This document shows, piece after piece, positions 33,737-38,654 of a stretch of 38,654 nucleotides of DNA. The stretch is from the NCBI GenBank assembly GCA_947650775.1, contig CANSWQ010000002.1:1-38654 (forward strand). The letters are read 5' to 3'. The first letter of the stretch is position 1. The number at the start of each line of letters is the position of its first letter. Under the pieces are notes generated by a model. It was given only the letters and a program-made list of their open reading frames with translations. It was not told the origin of the DNA and searched no databases. This DNA is from an uncultured Mycoplasmatota bacterium. Lineage in GTDB: Bacteria; Bacillota_I; Bacilli_A; RF39; UBA660. A program made the translations under genes and the position numbers.

Positions 33737-35683
33737 ATGTTTAAATTAGTATCAAAATTTGAGCCATCTGGAGACCAACCAGAGGCTATAAAAGAGTTGG
33801 TTGAGGGAATCAAAAATGGCAAGAAAGAACAGGTTTTACTGGGTGCAACAGGTACTGGTAAGACATTTACAATTGCAAATGTAATTAAGGAAGTTAACAA
33901 GCCAACTTTAGTTTTAGCACACAACAAAACTTTGGCTGGTCAGTTGTACACAGAACTTAAAGAATTCTTTCCAGAGAATCATGTTGAGTATTTTGTTTCG
34001 TATTATGATTATTACCAACCAGAAGCATATGTTCCTTCAAGTGATACATATATTGAGAAAGATTCTTCAATTAATGATGAGATAGATGAATTAAGACATG
34101 GAGCAACCAGTGCATTAATTAACTATAATGATGTTATAGTAGTATCAAGTGTATCCTGTATATATGGTATAGGGGAAAGAGAAGAATATGAAAAAGCCAG
34201 GCTTATATTAACAGTTGGAGATATTATTAAAAGAAATGCTATTATAAATAGATTAGTAGATATGACTTATGAGCGAAGTGATATTGATTTCCATCGTGGA
34301 ACCTTTCGTGCTAGAGGAGATATTATTGATGTCATACCAGTTAATGAACACGCTTATGGAATAAGAATTGAATTATTTGGGGATGAAGTTGAAAGAATAT
34401 CAACATTTGACCCAGTAACAGGTGTTATCATATCTGATAAAAAAACTATTACGATATCTCCAGCTTCACATTTCGTAACAAGCCCTGAAAAATTAGAGGA
34501 AGCATTAAAAAGAATTGAAGCTGAATTAGATGAAAGGTTAAAAGAATTAAAAGAAAATAACAAATTATTAGAAGAGCAAAGACTTCGAGAAAGAACCAAT
34601 TATGACATTGAAATGTTAAAAGAAACTGGCTTTTGTAGTGGAGTAGAAAACTATTCTAGACATTTAGCCCTAAGAGGACCAGGCGAGACCCCAACTTGTT
34701 TAATAGACTTTTTTCCCAAAGATTTTTTATTAGTAGTTGACGAATCTCATGTTACATTACCTCAAGTACGTGGTATGTATAATGGTGATAAAATGCGTAA
34801 AACGGTTTTAGTAGATTATGGTTTTAGATTACCAAGTGCCCTAGATAATAGACCTCTTAATTATGAAGAGTTTGAAAAAAAGATTAATCAAGCAATATAT
34901 GTATCAGCAACTCCAGGAGACTATGAATTAGAACATACAAATAATGAATATGTAGAACAAATAATAAGACCAACTGGACTATTAGACCCAACTATTGAAA
35001 TAAAACCAAGTATGGGACAAATAGACGATATAATAAATGAAATAAACATCAGGAAAGAAAAAAATGAACGAGTATTAATTACAACTTTAACTATTAGAAT
35101 GAGTGAAGAGCTAACAAATTATTTAAAAGAAATGGGTATCAAAGTTGCATATTTACACAGTGAAATAAAAACGTTAGAAAGATTAAAAATAATTCACGAC
35201 TTACGTTTAGGAATGTATGATTGTGTAGTTGGAATAAATTTACTTCGTGAAGGAATAGACATACCAGAAGTTAGTTTGATATGTATATTAGACGCTGATA
35301 AACAAGGATTCTTACGAAGTGAACGTTCACTTATTCAAACAATTGGTAGATGTGCCAGAAATGAAAATGGTCATGTAATTATGTATGCTGATAATGTAAG
35401 TGAAGCAATGGATAAAGCAATAAAAGAGACAGCGAGACGTCGTGAAATCCAAATGAAATACAATGAAGAAAATGGAATTACACCAAGAACAATTATTAAA
35501 GATATCAAAGAAGTAGTATCAAATGAAGTAGAAAATAAATCTAAAAAGCCAAAGATGAGCAAAAAAGAAAAAGAAAGTATATTAATGACTTTAGAAGAAG
35601 AGATGAAGACAGCAGCTAAAAACTTAGACTTTGAAAGAGCAATGGAATTAAGAGATATTTTATTTGAAATGAAAAAATCATAA
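33737..35683 (+). CDS. uvrB: Excinuclease ABC subunit B (UvrB), full length, 648 aa, with a chimeric 5' end
   Basis: Walker [21 protein letters not shown], helicase motifs ([15 protein letters not shown]) and the C-terminal UVR domain ([17 protein letters not shown]). Start at MFKLVSK after SD aaggaggg, not the track's upstream ATG at 33689. Confidence 0.97.
   Translation: MFKLVSKFEPSGDQPEAIKELVEGIKNGKKEQVLLGATGTGKTFTIANVIKEVNKPTLVLAHNKTLAGQLYTELKEFFPENHVEYFVSYYDYYQPEAYVPSSDTYIEKDSSINDEIDELRHGATSALINYNDVIVVSSVSCIYGIGEREEYEKARLILTVGDIIKRNAIINRLVDMTYERSDIDFHRGTFRARGDIIDVIPVNEHAYGIRIELFGDEVERISTFDPVTGVIISDKKTITISPASHFVTSPEKLEEALKRIEAELDERLKELKENNKLLEEQRLRERTNYDIEMLKETGFCSGVENYSRHLALRGPGETPTCLIDFFPKDFLLVVDESHVTLPQVRGMYNGDKMRKTVLVDYGFRLPSALDNRPLNYEEFEKKINQAIYVSATPGDYELEHTNNEYVEQIIRPTGLLDPTIEIKPSMGQIDDIINEINIRKEKNERVLITTLTIRMSEELTNYLKEMGIKVAYLHSEIKTLERLKIIHDLRLGMYDCVVGINLLREGIDIPEVSLICILDADKQGFLRSERSLIQTIGRCARNENGHVIMYADNVSEAMDKAIKETARRREIQMKYNEENGITPRTIIKDIKEVVSNEVENKSKKPKMSKKEKESILMTLEEEMKTAAKNLDFERAMELRDILFEMKKS
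34001..34011. repeat. attR core candidate (tattatgatta)
   Basis: Identical to 321..331 and lies inside uvrB codons ~89-92. Confidence 0.55.
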
Positions 35684-35702
35684 AGAAGTAGGAGAGAAAG
35701 AT

Positions 35703-36359
35703 ATGAAATGTAATATTGAAGAAGTAATTTGGAATGATGAAAGAAAGTATTATTGTGCTACTCATCGTTCGCCTGCATTTGATAAAGAAAATAATAAATT
35801 AGAACAATGTTTATCTAAAAATAAATCAGCTTATGATAATATTATTGAAATGAAAAAAGAAGATATAAAAGAAATAGTATTAATATATCCTAATTTATTA
35901 GAAAGCGTTAAAGGTAAAATTTTAATTAATGATAGAGAAATAGGGATATTAAAAATTGATAATTCGATTTTTGAAGTTAGAGACTTTGGAGGACTTTTAT
36001 TATCTTTATTAAATGATATAACACTAAAAGAGGAGAAATGTCCTATATGTGGTCATATCCATAGTGATGATGGCAAATTTGCATACAGTCCCCACGATAC
36101 ACATTTATGTATGTATTGTGGCAATCTTTTTGATGTTAAAGAAGCAAATGTCGGAAATGAACTAAGTACTATTTTTGATATTCCAAAAATTGAACTAAAA
36201 AATAATATGATAGATGTTAAAGAAAAATGCACCCTAAAATATAATGTATTAAAAGGGTCTTTAGAAATAAATGAAGAAGATTGTAATAAGATTATTCTCA
36301 ATAAAAAAGAGTATTTACTAGTTGATTATTTAAATAAATTACTATATGACGAATATTAA
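35703..36359 (+). CDS. Hypothetical protein with a Zn-ribbon-like CPxCG...CxxCG motif
   Basis: 218 aa with CPICGHIH...CMYCGN. SD aggaga upstream. Occupies the position where uvrA often follows uvrB. Confidence 0.65.
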   Translation: MKCNIEEVIWNDERKYYCATHRSPAFDKENNKLEQCLSKNKSAYDNIIEMKKEDIKEIVLIYPNLLESVKGKILINDREIGILKIDNSIFEVRDFGGLLLSLLNDITLKEEKCPICGHIHSDDGKFAYSPHDTHLCMYCGNLFDVKEANVGNELSTIFDIPKIELKNNMIDVKEKCTLKYNVLKGSLEINEEDCNKIILNKKEYLLVDYLNKLLYDEY

Positions 36360-36440
36360 AAAGCTTTACTTTTTGTTAAAAATATTATAATATTAATTTA
36401 GCGAGACACTAAATAGTGCTTGCCACAAGAATTTTATGGT

Positions 36441-36474
36441 GCACCACTTATTTTATGAGTGGTGCTTATTTTTA
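36441..36474 (+). terminator. Rho-independent terminator
   Basis: gcaccact-tattttatg-agtggtgc followed by ttattttta. Confidence 0.7.
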
Positions 36475-36496
36475 TATCCAAAACCCCCATAGATAC

Positions 36497-36565
36497 TTAT
36501 CTAAATAGGATTAACAGAATAATTATCACTAAAAGTATTAAAACTAAAAAGTCTTTTTTACTCAC
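36497..36565 (-). CDS. Tiny hydrophobic peptide ORF (22 aa) with a near-perfect SD
   Basis: Minus strand reads aggaggtg, 7 nt, then GTG. Encodes MSKKDFLVLILLVIIILLILFR. Confidence 0.4.
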   Translation of the reverse strand: MSKKDFLVLILLVIIILLILFR

Positions 36566-36665
36566 AAGTGACCACCTCCTAGAAAGTGGCAAGTACCATA
36601 ACATAATGTGTCTCACGAAAACAAAATAACATACAAAATAGTAAAAGTCAAAAACAGAATCCTAA

Positions 36666-36742
36666 AAATCTGTCTAGCCAAAAGCACCAAATCTGCTAAG
36701 CTAAAGAGCACAAATCTGTATAGCAGTTTACCTAAAATCTGT
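36666..36742. repeat. Four direct repeats of aaatctg(t/c) phased exactly 23 bp apart
   Basis: Copies start at 36666, 36689, 36712 and 36735, upstream of the predicted promoter of the membrane-protein gene. Confidence 0.7.
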
Positions 36743-36775
36743 AAAATTAAAAAAATAATAAATAAATTTTTTATA

Positions 36776-36804
36776 TTGTAAAAAGTAATAAATTATGTTA
36801 AATT
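36776..36804 (+). promoter_or_regulatory. Predicted sigma-A promoter
   Basis: -35 ttgtaa, 17-nt spacer containing TG, -10 taaatt. Confidence 0.45.
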
Positions 36805-36820
36805 AAGATAGGTGAAGCCT

Positions 36821-38654
36821 ATGAAAAAGATAGTTATATATTTAATAAGTTTATTAACTGCCTTGTGTATATATAGTGAAAGAATATTAAAAGAAGTAGT
36901 TTTAGCCTATGGAAATATCAAAAATATTAGTATATCTTCTTTAACAAAGTTTTTTTATTCTAATACAGATTTTTTATTAATTTTAGGCTTAACAATCGCT
37001 CTAATAATTTTTTATAAAAAGTTTATTGATATAGAGAAGAAAAGAGCTTACAATATTTTAAGTTTTATATTTTCATTATTACTAACATTTGGTTTTAGTT
37101 ATAGCATTATTGGAAATGAAAGTTTAATCACTGGAAATATTATATTAATAATGTTATCAGTTGTAAAAATAATTACATATTATTACTTTTTATCAACAGT
37201 TATTAATTTATTAATGGCAAAAATTAAGGGTTTAAACTTAAAAAAAATAAAAGAACCAAAGTTCTTAAAAAAATTTAAAAATTATTATGAAAAACATCCA
37301 TATAAAACAACAATAATAATTATATTAATCGCTTGGTTACCATACATAATTAGTTTTTATCCTAGTATAATGTCATCTGACCCAGCCAATCAAATAAAGC
37401 AATATTTTGGAATGGACACTAGATTTTCAACAGGAGTTAACTTAATAAATGATAATATTAAAATAACAAACCATCATCCAGCATTTCATTCATTTATATT
37501 AGGTGGATGTGCCAAAATAGGCGATGTCATAGGAAATATTAATATAGGATTATTTATGTTTAGTTGCTTTCAAATATTTGTATTAATAAGTGCTTTAACA
37601 TATTCTTTAATATATTTAAAAAGATTAAAAATACCATTTATATATCGTTTTATAGTCTTAATAATGTATTCTTTGATACCAGTATTTCCATTATATGCGA
37701 TGTCACCAGTTAAAGATGTCTTTTTTGGAGCATTATTAATATTTTTCATTATTGAATTACATCGCTTAATAACATCAAATTATAATAAAAAAGATTATAT
37801 TATATTAGGGTTATTAATGTTATTTACAATGCTTACAAGAAACAATGGTGTATACATTTTATTATTTACTATTTTAGGAGCAATTATCGTTATAAAAGAA
37901 AAAAGAGTAGCTTTAATAATAACCATATTATCTACATTATTTGTGTATGCTGCACACAATAAAATTCTTTTACCAAAAATGAATATAACATCGGGAAGTA
38001 TAAGAGAAGTATTATCAGTACCATTTCAACAAACAGCCAGATATGTAAAATACCATAGTGAAGAATTAAATGAAGAAGAAATTGCTATAATTGATAAAAT
38101 ACTAAACTATGAAACATTAGGTACAAGATATAAAGCCAATCTAGCTGATTATGTTAAAGATGAATTTAATAAAGATACTACTAATGAAGATTTAATTAAA
38201 TATTTAAAAGTATGGTTTATCCATTTATTTAAACACCCAATGACCTATATAAATGCTACAATAAATACAACTTATGGTTATTTTTATCCTAATACATCTA
38301 ACTGGTATGTTTATCATAATTATGACAAAAAGTTAGAAAATGTTGGACTAGATTATCATTTTATTAAAGGCTTAGGAATACCAAGAAACATACTTGGAAA
38401 CTTTGGGGTAATATACCCTTACATTCCTATACTTGGTTCTCAAGTTAATATTGGTTTTAACGTTTGGGTATATATGTTAATATTTACCTATTTAATAGTA
38501 GAAAAGAAAAAGAAATTCATACTTTTATTAATACCAGCATTTACACTATTACTCACTTGTGTAGTAGGACCAGTAAATACATATTTTAGATATATGGTAC
38601 CAATCGTATTTAGTTTACCATTAATCATCGGTTTAATATATAAAGAAACTAAAA
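36821..38654 (+). CDS. Large polytopic membrane protein, 3'-truncated by the window end (DUF6020-like / GT-C-like, from memory)
   Basis: Open frame from the ATG at 36821 (SD aggtga) to the window end, about 611 codons and hand-checked for stops. More than 10 hydrophobic segments, plus SSDPANQIKQY and NHHPAFH motifs. Missing from the ORF track, presumably because no stop codon is in the window. Confidence 0.8.
   Translation, partial: MKKIVIYLISLLTALCIYSERILKEVVLAYGNIKNISISSLTKFFYSNTDFLLILGLTIALIIFYKKFIDIEKKRAYNILSFIFSLLLTFGFSYSIIGNESLITGNIILIMLSVVKIITYYYFLSTVINLLMAKIKGLNLKKIKEPKFLKKFKNYYEKHPYKTTIIIILIAWLPYIISFYPSIMSSDPANQIKQYFGMDTRFSTGVNLINDNIKITNHHPAFHSFILGGCAKIGDVIGNINIGLFMFSCFQIFVLISALTYSLIYLKRLKIPFIYRFIVLIMYSLIPVFPLYAMSPVKDVFFGALLIFFIIELHRLITSNYNKKDYIILGLLMLFTMLTRNNGVYILLFTILGAIIVIKEKRVALIITILSTLFVYAAHNKILLPKMNITSGSIREVLSVPFQQTARYVKYHSEELNEEEIAIIDKILNYETLGTRYKANLADYVKDEFNKDTTNEDLIKYLKVWFIHLFKHPMTYINATINTTYGYFYPNTSNWYVYHNYDKKLENVGLDYHFIKGLGIPRNILGNFGVIYPYIPILGSQVNIGFNVWVYMLIFTYLIVEKKKKFILLLIPAFTLLLTCVVGPVNTYFRYMVPIVFSLPLIIGLIYKETK

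Larger units (their letters stand above)
321..34011 (+). mobile_element. Integrative conjugative element (~33.7 kb) with a Gram-positive type IV secretion module, a MobC/relaxase module and a xis + two tyrosine recombinase module, inserted in uvrB
   Basis: Bounded by duplicated, diverged uvrB 5' segments that end in the same 11-mer tattatgatta (321..331 and 34001..34011). Interior encodes ParAB, relaxase, T4CP, VirB4, VirB6-like, CHAP hydrolase, Xis and integrases. Confidence 0.85.

Noticed and set aside
57-34011. Whether the uvrB 5' duplication is a recent tandem duplication or an assembly artefact
   Set aside because: The copies differ at roughly one position in six, almost all synonymous, and they are separated by a coherent ICE with recombinases at one end. 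This is not what a collapse or duplication artefact would produce.
32319-36301. Minus-strand ORFs within int2, uvrB and the downstream gene (32319..32516, 32758..33175, 33718..33927, 34354..34599, 35371..35562, 36053..36301)
   Set aside because: They are antisense to genes with strong family signatures.
1-38654. CRISPR arrays, tRNA/rRNA genes and IS/transposase genes
   Set aside because: I saw no regularly spaced 25-40-bp repeats with unique spacers, no cloverleaf-like G/C-rich ~75-nt segments and no DDE or serine-recombinase ORFs on reading the window. This was a scan by eye only.

Overview
This is very AT-rich, low-GC Gram-positive (Firmicutes-type) DNA. Most of the window (about 321..34011, ~33.7 kb) is an integrative conjugative element (ICE) inserted inside the uvrB coding region. 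A displaced host uvrB 5' fragment sits at 57..331, and a full-length uvrB (33737..35683) resumes at the right junction. The first ~92 codons, RBS and upstream region of that intact uvrB appear to be supplied by the element. The ICE is almost entirely on the + strand and tightly packed, with many genes overlapping or carrying the next gene's Shine-Dalgarno in their last codons. From left to right it contains: (1) parA/parB. (2) A sortase-dependent adhesin with its own sortase. (3) An ssb/Toprim-primase/XRE block. (4) A hairpin-rich oriT-like intergenic region. (5) mobC, a two-gene insert (Zn-ribbon + HEPN-like), then the relaxase. (6) PcfB-like, T4CP, Maff2/VirB2-like, VirB6-like, ArdC, PrgI/VirB3-like, VirB4 and a CHAP hydrolase. 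(7) A cargo/regulatory block with two paralogous double-HTH regulators, a membrane-tethered XRE protein and three exported proteins, one a C39-like cysteine peptidase. (8) A sigma-70 region-4-like gene. (9) A ~365-nt ORF-free structured region. (10) mazF with a non-canonical upstream partner. (11) xis and two overlapping tyrosine recombinases. The gene order resembles Tn1549/CTn-type Gram-positive ICEs as I remember them. To the right of uvrB are a Zn-ribbon hypothetical gene, an intergenic region with a tiny hydrophobic ORF and four 23-bp-phased direct repeats, and a large polytopic membrane protein that runs off the window. I saw no rRNA, tRNA, CRISPR array or transposase. All calls rest on reading the ORF translations and the sequence by eye; no database search was possible.
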